Shown: piece after piece, positions 45,707-57,300 of the stretch
How positions within the stretch are numbered: the first letter of the stretch is position 1
Layout: each line of letters starts with the position of its first letter
DNA from: Squalus acanthias
Lineage: Eukaryota
DNA: 64,000 nucleotides
Assembly: GCA_030390025.1 (NCBI GenBank)
Contig: CM059432.1
Span: 92,816,001-92,880,000 of the forward strand
Direction: 5' to 3'
Program-made: the position numbers and the translations under genes
The notes under the pieces: generated by a model
Databases searched by the model: none
What the model was told of the DNA's origin: nothing
Seen by the model: only the letters and a program-made list of their open reading frames with translations

Positions 45707-48235
45707 TTTGTTAAGTTTCCTTTAAACATTTTTTGTTAATTTACAGTCTTTATTGGTTGTGCTCCTTTAAAAAGGGGATGCATGCTTGACTTTAATTAGG
45801 TAATTGTCAGGAAGAAGAGTCAACACTTATAATTTGGGTGTGGCTCCAAGGAGTATAAAACTAACCAATATCTACTAATGCACAGATTGCTTCTAAACAG
45901 AATGTTAAAGTTGGGAATTTCGAGAGAGTGGGAATTCGGAGAAGAGGGGGAAGGAGGTGCTGCTTTTTGCCTCCAATATTGTCGTGCTTTGTGTTAGACT
46001 AAATTAAATATTTACCTGTATCTATAGGTTAAACTAGATCAAGTAATTAGTTAAAAAACTAAAATATAAGCTAAGTTAATTAAATACATAAACTCTAATT
46101 AAATAAATAAATAAAACAAGGCTATACAGGGATGGCAGTGCAGGTGGTGTGCCGCAACTGCAGCATATGGGAGTTTGTGGAGAGCATCAGGATCCAGGAC
46201 GACCACGTCTGCAGTAAGTGTCTACATCTCGAGGAACTTCAGCTCAGAATTGTTGAGCTGGAGTCCGAGGTGCAGACATTGCGGGGCATCAGGGAGGGGC
46301 AGAGTTACCTGGACACTTTGATCCAGGGGGTAGTCACACCCCTTAGGTTAGGTAGTGGTACAAGTCTGGTTAGTGGTCAGGGACAGGAGGGTATAACTGT
46401 GACTCAGGCAGGGTAAGGGGACCCCAGGAGAAGCCTTGGCCTTTGCCCCTATCCAACAGCTATGAGGTACTTGCTGCCTGTTTGGATGAGGGCAGAGTCT
46501 GTAGGGTGGATGAGGAAACTGACCATGGCACCGTGGTACAGGAGGCCATTCAAGTGGAGGGAGTGAAAAGGAATGTTTTAGTGGCAGGCGACAGTATAGT
46601 CAGGGGGATAGATACTGTTCTCTGCAGCTGTGACCGGGAATTCCGAAGGCTGTGTTGCCTGCCTGGTGCCAGGGCTAAGGACATCTCCTCGTGGCTGGAG
46701 AAGAATTTGGAGTAGGAGGAGGGAGGATCCAGTTGTCGTTATCCACGTAGGAACCAACAATATAGGTAGAACTAGGAGTGAGGTTCTGCTGAGAGTTTGA
46801 GGAGCTAGGGTCCAAATTAAAATGCAGAACCTCAAAGGTCATAATATCTGGGTTGTTACCTGAGCCACGCACCAATTGGCAGAGGGAGAAGCAGATCAGA
46901 GAGTTAAGTGCGTGGCTCAAAGAGTGGTGTGGGAAGAAGGGGTTTCAATTCATGGGGCACTGGCACCAGTACTGGGAAAAGAGGAAGCAGTTCTCTTGGG
47001 ACAGGCTCCACTTAACTGGGCTGGGACCAGTGTCCTGGCGAATCGAATAACTAGGATTGGAGATAGGGCTTTAAACTGAAAAGGGTGGGGTGGGGGTCAG
47101 GTGAGGGGAAATTTAGAAATCTAAAGAGAAAACCCAAGGCAATGCAGCAGTGTAGTGATTTGGGTAAAGATAAGCAGACTGTGACAGGAAGGGACAGAGA
47201 GGTTTAATGATCATCGTGCATCAGTGGATAAGGTGAAAGCAGGGAATAATGGTAGAAAGTTAAAATTAAAGGCTCTTTATCTGAATGCATGAAGCATTTG
47301 TAACAAGATAGATGAATTAGTGGCACAAATAGAGATAAATGGGTTTGATCCAATAGCCATTACAGAGACGTGATTGCAAGGTGCAAGATTGGGAACTAAA
47401 TATTCCACGGTCCTTGATGTTTCGAAAGGACAGGCAGAATGGAAAAAGAGGGAGGAGGGGTGGCCCTGATAATAAAGGATGACGTAAGGACAGTAGTAAG
47501 ATAGATCTTGGCTCGAAAGATTAGGAGGTAGAATCAGTATGGGTGGAGATAAGAAATAACAAAGGGCAGAAAAAACTGCTGGGAGTAGTTTATAGGGCCC
47601 CCAAACAGTAGCTATACCACTGGACAGAGTATTAATCAACAAATAATAGGAGCTTGTAACAAAGATAATGCAATAATAGTGGGGAAGTTTACTCTTCATA
47701 TAGACTAGGCAAATCAAATTGTCAAAGGCAGTCTGGCGGACGAGTTCATGGAATGCATTTGAGACAGTTTCCTAGAACAATACGTCACGGAACCAACCAG
47801 GGAACAGACTATTTTAGATGTTGTATTATATATTGAGACAGGATTAATTAGTAATCTCATAGTAAAGGATCCTCTGGGGAAGAATGATCATAATATGATT
47901 TCACATTGGGTTTGAGAGTGAACTTCTTAAGTCTGAAACTAGAGTCTTAAACTTAAAGCCAATTACATAGGTATAAGGGGCGAGTTGGCTAAAGATTGGG
48001 AAATTATATTAAATGTTATGACAGTAGATAAGCAGTGGCAAACATTTAAAAAAATATTTTAAAATTCTCAATGAATATACATTCCATTGGGAAGTAAAAA
48101 CTCCACAGGAAAAGTGGTCCATCCGTGGCTAACTAAAGAAGTTAACGATAGTATTAGATTAAAAGAGGCATATAATATTGCAAAGAATAGTAGTAAGCCT
48201 AAGGATTGGGAGAGCTTTAGAAACCAGCAAAGGAT

Positions 48236-51200
48236 AGAATCATAGAATGGTTACAATACGGAAAAAGGCCATTCGGCCCATCGAGCCCGTGCCGGCTCTC
48301 TGCAAGAGCACTTAAGCTAGTCCCACTCCCCCGCCCTTTCCCCGTAGCCCTGCAAATTTTTTTCCTTCAGGTACTTATCCAACTCCCTTTTAAAAGCCGT
48401 GATTGAGTCTGCCTCCACCACCCTTTCAGGCATTGCATTCCAGATCCTAACCACTCACTGAGTAAAGAAGTTTTTTCCTCATGTCGCCTTGGTTCTTCTG
48501 CCAATCATCTTAAATCAGTGTCCTCTGGTTCTCGACTCTTCTGCCAATGAGAACAGTTTCTCTCTATCTACTCTGTCCAGACCCCTCATGATTTTGAACA
48601 CCTCTACCAAATCTCGTCTCTGCTCTGAGAAGCACAACCCCAGCTTCTCCAGTCTATCCACGTAACTGAAGTCCCTCATCCCTGGAATCATTCTCATAAA
48701 TCTTTTCTGCACCCTCTCTAAGAGCTTCCCATCCTTCCTAAAGTGCAGTGCCCAGAATTGGACACAATACTCCTGTTGAGGCTGAACCAGTGTTTTATAC
48801 AGGTTCATCATAATTTCCACACTCTTGTACTCTATACCTCCATTCATGAAGCCCAGGATACTGTAAGCTTTTTTAACTGCTTTCTCAACCTGCCCTGCTA
48901 CCTTCAACGATTTGTGCACATATACCCCTTGGTCTCTCTGTTCATGCACCCCCTTTAGGATTGTACCCTTTAGTTTATATTTCCTCTCTTCATTCTTTCT
49001 ACCAAAATGTACCACTTCACACTTTTCTGCGTTAAATTTCATCTGCCACGTGTCCACCTGTCTATGTCCTCTTGAAGTCTATCACTATCCTCCTCACTGT
49101 TCACTATACTTCCAAGTTTTGTGTCATCTACAAATTTTGAAATTGTGCCCTGTACACCCACATCCAAGTCATTAATATATGTCAAGAAAAGCGGTGGTTT
49201 TAGAACCGACCCCTGGTGAACACCACTATATACCTTCTTCCAGTCCGAAAAACAACTGTTCACCACTACTCTATTTCCTGCCACTTAACCAACTTCATAT
49301 CCATGCTGCCACTGTCCCTTTTATTCCATGGGCTTCAACTTTGCTGGCAAGCCTATTATGTGGCACTTTGTCGAACGCCTTTTGGAATCCATGTACACCA
49401 CGTCAACCGCATTGCCCTCATCAACCCTCTCTGTTACCTCATCAAAAAACTCGATCAAATTGGTTAAACACGATTTGCATTTAACAAATCCGTGCTGGCT
49501 TTCCTTAATTAATCCACACTTGTCCAAGTGACTGTTAATTTTGTCCCTGATTATTGTTTCTAAAAGCTTCCCCACTACCGAGGTTAAACTGACTGGCCTG
49601 CAGTTGCTGGGTTTATCCTTACACCCTTTTTTGAACCCTCAGGCACCACTCTTGTTTCTAAGGAGAATTGAAAGATTATGGCCAATACCTCCGCGATTTC
49701 TTCCTTCACGTCTCTCAGCGTCCCAAGATGCATCCTATCTGGTCCTGGTGACTTATCCACTTTAAGTACAGCCAGCCTTTCTAGTACCTCCTCTTTATCA
49801 ATTTTTATCCCATCTCGTATCTCCTCTACCTCCTCCTTCACTATGTCTATGGCAGCATCTTCTTCCTTGGTGAAGGCGGATGCAAAGTACTCATTTAGCA
49901 CCTCAACCATGCCCTCTGCCACCATACGTAGGTCTGCTTTTTGGTCCCTAATCGGCCGCACCCCTCCTCTTACGACCTGTTTACTATTTATATGCCTATA
50001 GAAGACTTTTGGATTACCTTTTATGTTGGCTACCATTCTATTCTCACACCCTCTCTTTGCCCCTCTTATTTTCTTTTTCACTTCTCCTCTGAACTTGCTA
50101 TATTTAGCCTGATTCTCAGATGTATTCTCGACCTGACATCTGTCATACGCGCTCTTTTTCTGCTTCATCTTACTCTCTATCTCGTTCATCATCCAGGGAG
50201 CTCTGATTTTAGTTGCCGTACCTTTCCCCCTAGTGGGAATGTACCTCGACTGTACCCCAACTATTGCCTCTTTAAAGGCAGCCCATTGTTCCATTACAGT
50301 TTTGCCTGCCAATCATTGATTCCAATTTACCAGGGCCAGATCCATTCTCATCCCACTGAAATTGGCCCTCCTCCAATTAAGTATTTTTACTCTGGATTAC
50401 TCCGTCCTTTTCCATAGCTAATCTAAACCTTATGATACTATGATCACTGTTCCCTAAATGTTCGCCTACTGACACTTGCTCCACTTGACCCACCTCATTC
50501 CCCAGAACCAGAACCAGATCCAGCAATGCCTATTCCCTCGTCGGGCCGGAAACATACTGATCAAGAAATTTCTCCTGAACGCACTTCAGAAATTCTTCCC
50601 CCTCTCTGCCCTTTACACTATTACTATCCCAGTCTATATTAGGATAGTTGAAGTCTCCCATTATCACTAATCTATAGTTCTTGCATCTCTCTCTAATTTC
50701 TCTGCAAATTTGCATTTCCGTATCTTTCCCACTATTTGGTGGTCTATAGAATACACCTAGTAGTGTAATGGCACCTCTATTATTTCTTAACTCTAACCAT
50801 ATAGATTCTGTCCTTGACCCCTCCAGGACATCCTCTCTCGCTAGCACTGTAGCATTCTCCTTAACCAATACTGCCACCCCCACCTCCTTTTTTTCCTTCC
50901 CTATCTTTCCTTAACACCTTATATCCAGGAATATTTAATACCCAATCCTGCCCTTTTTTGAGCCAGGTCTCCGTTATTGCCACAAAATCATATTCCCATG
51001 TGGCTATTTGCACCTGTGGCTCACCAACCTTATTTACCACGCTTCGTGCATTCACATACATACACTGTAAATCTATCTTAGACCATCCTGTGTTCTCTCT
51101 TAGTCTGGCCCCACCTAATACCTCACTATTTCTTACTTTAGTGCTATCCGTCTCTCCCAATCCTTTGTGCCCTTTGTTTCTCCCATCTAATGCTACATCC

Positions 51201-52641
51201 TGGTGCCCATCTCCCTGCCAACTTAGTTTAAACCCTCCCCAACAGCACTAGCAAACCATCCACGAGGATATTGGTACCAGCTCTGTTGAGGTGCAACCCA
51301 TCCGGCCTGTACAGGTCCCACCTCCCCTAGAACTGGCCCCAATGCCCCAGGAATCTGAAGCCCTCCCTCTTGCAACATCTCTCCAGCCACGCATTCATCT
51401 GCTCTCTCCTATTTCCATACTCACTCACACATGGCACCGAGAGTAATCCAGAGATTAATACCTTTGAGGTCCTGCTTTTTAATCTCTTTCCTAGCTCCCT
51501 GAAATCTGCCTGCAGGACCTCATCCCTCTTTCTACCTATGTCATTGGTACCGATATGGATCACGACCTCTGGCTGTTCACCATCTCCCCTCAGAATGTTC
51601 TGCAGCTGCTCGGTGACATCCTTAGCCCTGGCAGGCAACATACCATCCTGGAATCACGTCTGTGGCCGCAGAAACGCCTGTCTGCTCCCCTAACTGTTGA
51701 ATCCACTATCATTATTGCTTTCCCTATCTTCCTTCTCCCCTCCACCCCACCGCCCTCCCCGTACAACTGAGTCACACATGGTGCCATGGCTGTACTCCCC
51801 AGAGGAACCATTGTCCTCACCAGTACTCAGAACAGAATACTGGTTGGAGAGCGAGATGTACTCAGGGGACTCCTGCACTACCTGCCTGGTCCTCCTCTTC
51901 TGTCTGGCGGGCACCCATTCCCTCTCTGCCTGCACACTCCTTAGCTGTGGGGTGACCACCACCTGAAATGTGCTATCCACGTAGCTCTCAGCCTCGCGGA
52001 TGCACCGCAGTGGCGCCAGCTGCTGCTCAAGCTCCGAAACCCAGAGCTCGAGCTCCTCCAATTGACGACACTTCCTGCACACGTGGTTGTCCAGGACATG
52101 GGAAGCATCCTGGAGTCCCCACATGGCACAGGATGTGCATTCCATGGGACTGAGCTGCCCCGCCATGCCTTTATTTATTTGACTATTAACTAACTTTACA
52201 GAAATTTAAGACTAAGATGTACCTAATTCAAGTTATTAATATAATATATTATTAACAGTTACTAATTTATTGTAGTATTAACAGTTACTAATCTCCAAGC
52301 TCCTGCTTTATCCCTAACCAGCTGTTTAACCCCGACCCCTAACTTGAAGAGCCCCTCTCCGACCACGTTCTTTAGCAGAACTTAGCAGAAATAAACTTTA
52401 AACTTAAAAAAAAACATTCACCAACTACTCACCAATCAGCTCCTTCCCTTTTAGGTTTGTTACTCTGACGTCGCTCTTTCAAATTCTGCCTGTGTTGAGT
52501 TGCTCCGCTCTCGCTTTATTCTCTTTATTCCCGCTCAGCTCTCGCTCCGCTCCCGCTCAGGTCCGCTCTTTCTGGTCTCGGGCCTGCTCTCTTTATCCCT
52601 GCTCAGCTCTCACTCCACTCCCGCTCAGGTCTGCTCTTTCT
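48236..52641 (-). mobile_element. Decayed full-length CR1 nested antisense in another CR1
   Basis: ORF1 pieces 51327-52166 (CTSC..CRKC, GTND); ORF2 pieces 48515-51160; ATAGAATC tail; repetitive 5' UTR at 52500-52640. Confidence 0.92.
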
Positions 52642-53768
52642 GGATGATGAAAAAATTGATGAAAAGGGAGAAAATAGAGAGAAAACTAGCAAGAAACAGA
52701 TTGTAAGAGCTTCTACAAGTATGTAAAAAGGAAGAGTAGCAAAAGTAAGCATTGGTCTCTTAGAGGCTGAGGCAGGAGAAATTATAATGAGGAATAAGGA
52801 AATAACAGAGACTTTAAACAAATATTTTGTATATGTCTTCACAGTAGAAGACACAAAAAGCATACCAAAATAGTGGGGAACCAATCGGCTAATGAGAGTG
52901 AGGAACTTAAAGTAATTAGTTGTCGGGAAAATGCTGGAATCCATTGTTAAGGAAATGGTAACAGGGCATTTAGAAAATCATAATATGATTAGGCAGAGTC
53001 AACATAGTTTTATGAAAGGGAAATCATGTTTAACAAATTTATTAGAGTTTTTTTGAGGATGTAACTAGCAGGGTAGATAAAGGGGAACCAGTGGATGTAG
53101 TCTTTTTGGATTTCCAAAAGACATTCGATAAGGTGCCAAATAAAAGGTTGTTATGCAAGATATGGGGTTATCGGGTTGGGGGTAATATATTAGCATGGAT
53201 AGAGGATTAGTTAATGAACAGAAAACAGAGAGTAGGGATAATCTGGTCATTTTCAGGTTGGCAGACTGTAACAAGTGGGCTGCTGCAAGGATCAGTGCTT
53301 GGGCCTCCGCTATTTATAATTTAAATTGATGACTTAGATGAAGGGACCGAGTGTAATGTATCCAAGCTGACAATACAAAGCTAGGTGGGAAAGTAAGCTG
53401 TGAGGAGGACACAAATAGCCTGCAAAGGGATATAGACTGGTTAAGTGAGTGGGCAATAAGGTGGCAGATGGAGTATAATCAGGGGAAATGTGAGGTTATT
53501 CACTTTAGTAGGAATAGAAAAACTGAATAATTTTTAAATGGTGAGAAACTATTAAATGTTGGTGTTCAAAAAGATTTAGGTGTCCTCGCACAGGAAACAG
53601 AGTTAGCATGCAGGTACAGCAAGCAATTAGGAAGGCAAATGGCATGTTGGCCTTTATTGCAAGAGGGTTGGAGTACAAGAGTAAGGAAGTCTTGCTGCAA
53701 TTGTACAAGGCTTTGGTGAGACCACACAAGGTGCACAGTTTCAGTCTCCTTATCTGAGGAAGGATATA

Positions 53769-54334
53769 CAGGAAACTCTTTGGTATCCGGCACTGACGGG
53801 ACCGGCGTGGTGCCGGTTGATCGAAAGTTCCGGATAACAGAGAGTTATATCTACCGAGGCTATTTTTAACAAAGAAAAATAAAAAAATCAAGAAATGTGC
53901 AGTATACAGTATTTGGGTACTCACCTACAGAATGTTGTGTTAAATGGATGGTGGAAGATGCTTGATTAAGTACAGTACTGCCAGTTGAGAGTAATCCATA
54001 ACTCTTTAATTACTTAACAGTAAGTGTGACTCCCGGCAGCGCGGGAGAATCAACTCCTGCTACTGCAGTGTTTCGGACTTCCGACAGCGCCAGGAGGCCG
54101 AGTAGTGGCACTTTTGAAAACTACCCCAAGTGACTAAATCGGCGTTCGCGGACTCGGGATCGGCAACATTGCCGGTTATTTGAGAGGAGTTTTCGGAGTA
54201 CTCGGCGTTCGCGGAGACTCGGACTGCGACTCGGCAACATTGCCGGTTATTTGAGAGGAGTTTTCGGAGGATGATTTTTGCCGGTTAAGCGAGAATTACG
54301 GATATTTGGGTGCCGGATAAACAAGAGTTTCCTG
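53769..54334. mobile_element. pogo/Tigger-like MITE, 566 bp, same terminal family as 3362-3722 in opposite orientation
   Basis: Imperfect TIRs CAGGAAACTCTTTGGTATCCGGCAC and GTGCCGGATAAACAAGAGTTTCCTG; TA duplication at 53767-53768 and 54335-54336; CR1 host rejoins as GGATATACTTGCC. Confidence 0.92.
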
Positions 54335-57300
54335 TACTTGCCTTAGAGGCGGTGCAACGAAGGTTCACTAGACTGATTCCTGGGATGAGAGGGTTGTCCT
54401 ATGAACAGCGATTGAGTAGACTGGGCCTATATGCTCTGGAGTTCAGAAGAATGAGGTGATCTCATTGAAACATTAAAAATTTTGGGGGGGATTGACAGGG
54501 TAGATGCTGAGGGGTTGTTTCCCCTGGCTGGAGAGTCTAGAACTAGGGGGCATAGTCTCAGGATAAGGGGTCGGCCATTTAAGATGAGGGGGAATTTCTT
54601 CACTCGGAGTTGTGAATCTTTAGAATTCTCTACCTTAAAAGGGTTGTGGATGCGGAATCGTTGAGTATCTTCAAGGCTGAGATAGATAGATTTTTAGACT
54701 CATGGGGAATCAAGGGATATGGAGATCGGGCGGGAATGTAGAGTTGAGGTCAAAGATCAGCCATGATCTTATTGAATGGCGGAGCAGGCGCAGGGGCCCT
54801 ATGTCCTACTCCTGCTCCTAATTCTTATGTTCTTATGATGGCCCAGAATTTGCTGCCAAAATAATGGCGAGTTTAATGGTGCTTGCCGTTATTAATGTGT
54901 AAATTGTCCATCAACTTGTGGCAAGGAAGAGATACCCCGTGAATTACGAATCACCACAATTTGCTGGACGATTTGCGCTGCTCCACTGCTAGCCTCGCGT
55001 AAATGGCAACTCGCCCTCCACCTCCCTATGAATTTCATGAAGTTGCTGCATTTGCACATTCATTTTCCATTATACTCACCACAGAAATTTAGGGCTGGTA
55101 CTTCAGAGCATCAGTACCCTTTTACTGGGTACCTATGTTCCTGCAAGCAATGCCAAGCAACTTCTCCATCCCAGAAAGGGAACAGTATAAACTGTGGAGT
55201 CTCATTCCTACTAGTAGTAAATTGTTAGAGATTTACAAAATTAAAATTTTTAAAAAAAATGTTTGTTACTTTTCCTTTCAGTCTCATTTTTCTCTTCTTT
55301 CCCAGGATATAAACACTGGAAAAGTGCCACGTTCTTCTGGAATGTTTTCAATACTGTTTATTATAAACAAACAACAAGTCAATGCTGAAAATGCATTTTT
55401 TATTATTTTAATCTTTTTCATTGACTCATATGCTGCAGTATTTGTATATTCTTATTGTTATGGCGGGCATCTTTACTAGTTCTGAGCCACATCTCATTTG
55501 ATCCGCTCTGATCTAGAGGGCGTCAATCATTTTCTCTGAAGGATATCATTATCCTTTTCCATTAACATTCCTTTATTATCGACACGAAATTTAAGCAGCA
55601 AAGGTGTTGTGCTGCTTGGAGAACTTAGAGTGAGTAAACTGGGAGTAACAACCGGAAGACTCTGATGGTGGCCTGGAGTTTCCTATTTCCACTTCCTGAT
55701 GCCAGTGCAAGACTTATCCAGTAGTTAGTGCTACGCTGGGAGTGCACCCAAGCCATGCAATGCTCAGGGTGAAGAAGATTGTGCCCCGCTCTAGCAAATT
55801 CTGAGCCGATGTCTTTCATAATGCAGTCTACTTCACTTAATTGTAACTCATTTTATCAAGAAGTCTGCTTAATTAATGTAACAACATTTTCTTTAGCATT
55901 GCTTTCTATTTTATTCTGTACCACTTAATTGCTTTTTACTTAAATAAGCGCTATCTCCCTGTTACCTTGGCTGTAAAAATCTGTGGGCCCACTCTTGCTA
56001 TAACTCCAGCAGAAGGCCCACGAATGAGGTTGGATCTCGGGTAGGCCAGGTCCTGGCCTGCACTTCCGATTTCCAGGAGGCCCTGTTACAGACGGAACCT
56101 CTGACTACACCAAATGTAGTTCCTTACATCCAAAAACGAAGAGGCTTACTGACCCTAGGCACAGCATATGTGGGACCCATCTTGGGGGTCCAAGAATTGG
56201 TGGCGGTATAAAGGATTTCAAAAAAAGGGCTGATGGGCAACATATTCTTGGCTTCCAGGGTGAAATGTCCTGGAGCTGGACAACGTTAATCAGGATTCCA
56301 GGCTTCCTGCAACAGGCAAGTGCAACCATAGTGGCACAGGCACCCATCCGGGGATACAAATCAGAGAATTTTCCCCGATGCCACTTACTCTGGCAGGATC
56401 AGTGGTGGAGACCCTGACGGGTAGAAAGATCAAATACCTATTGTTGTTCAGGACCCTTTTTCTGAGAGGAATGGGAAGAATCCGAGTCAGAAAAACTCAA
56501 TGTTATCTTTATCTTGGTGACGCCACACATGTATGATAATGCATTTTTATGCAATTCATACAATTGCAAACAAATGAATAAAGGTTACTCTCACAATTTT
56601 TCATTAGGAAAGTACCCCTTTAAGTAGCACTTGTGAATTATCACACCCATCTCAAAATAATCCAGTATGAAGCCAGATACCTAAATTAGATAAATGTAAT
56701 TCAAATTATGGTTTTATACTATAATATTACTAACAACAGCCTAAAATTTGACTCTTTGTATGCTTTAACAGCCTACTGCAAGTTTCAGTATTTCAGTGTT
56801 TAAGTGTCTTACAATACAACATCCACATCTAGCATCAATTTTATCAGCTGATAGTCTGAGAACATGAGCAAGAATTGAAAAACCCGAGTCTGGACCTAGC
56901 AAATGATACAGAAAATAGTAAATTTAAATGAAGCTGCCAAGGTAAGCTGACAAAACAGTTGTATTCATTAACTAGATGGCTCAAGTATGCAAGCCACAAA
57001 GTGTTGCCAGGCAGCCTGTTGCCAGTTTCCTGCTGGCTCTCCTCTATTTTGAGAAATGCGGAAGTACATAACAAGGTCAGGAATGGGGCTGTTCAATTAC
57101 AGTGTTCAGCTCCGTTCAACAATTCCTTTAGTAATGAAGCACCACATGCTAGCCTACAACAGAACTGGCCTGACAAGTGGCAGGAAACATTTGTGCCTTG
57201 ACTGACAGGTAATGACAACATTGAACAAGAGAAAGCCCGGCCACTTCTCCCTGATTTTTAACAGCACCACTATCGCTGAGTCTATCACCATCAACATCTT

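Larger units (their letters stand above)
39749..45790 (+). mobile_element. Decayed, near-full-length Tx1-clade LINE; 5' UTR probably extends upstream toward ~38850
   Basis: Two-ORF layout; ORF1 with a CCHC knuckle; ORF2 with APE, RT and C-terminal cysteine motif; GC/CpG-rich relative to flanks. Confidence 0.9.
45880..54838 (+). mobile_element. Decayed full-length CR1 (ORF1 ~46132-47079, ORF2 fragments) carrying a CR1 and a MITE insertion
   Basis: ORF1 CRNC..CSKC and GDSIVRG; ORF2 pieces at 47270-48235 and 52642-54720; GGAT duplicated at 48232-48235 and 52642-52645; (TTCTTATG) tail ~54820-54838; internal deletion at ~52920. Confidence 0.9.

Noticed and set aside
55500..55830. Short minus-strand ORF (64 aa) in apparently unique DNA
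   Set aside because: No recognisable domain or convincing splice sites.
57250..57262. Sense-strand T5 run in the old fragment related to the tRNA-headed LINE, an apparent counter-example to terminator avoidance
   Set aside because: The fragment is heavily decayed and both younger copies read TTGACATTCAAC here, so it is likely a post-insertion mutation. It remains a caveat.
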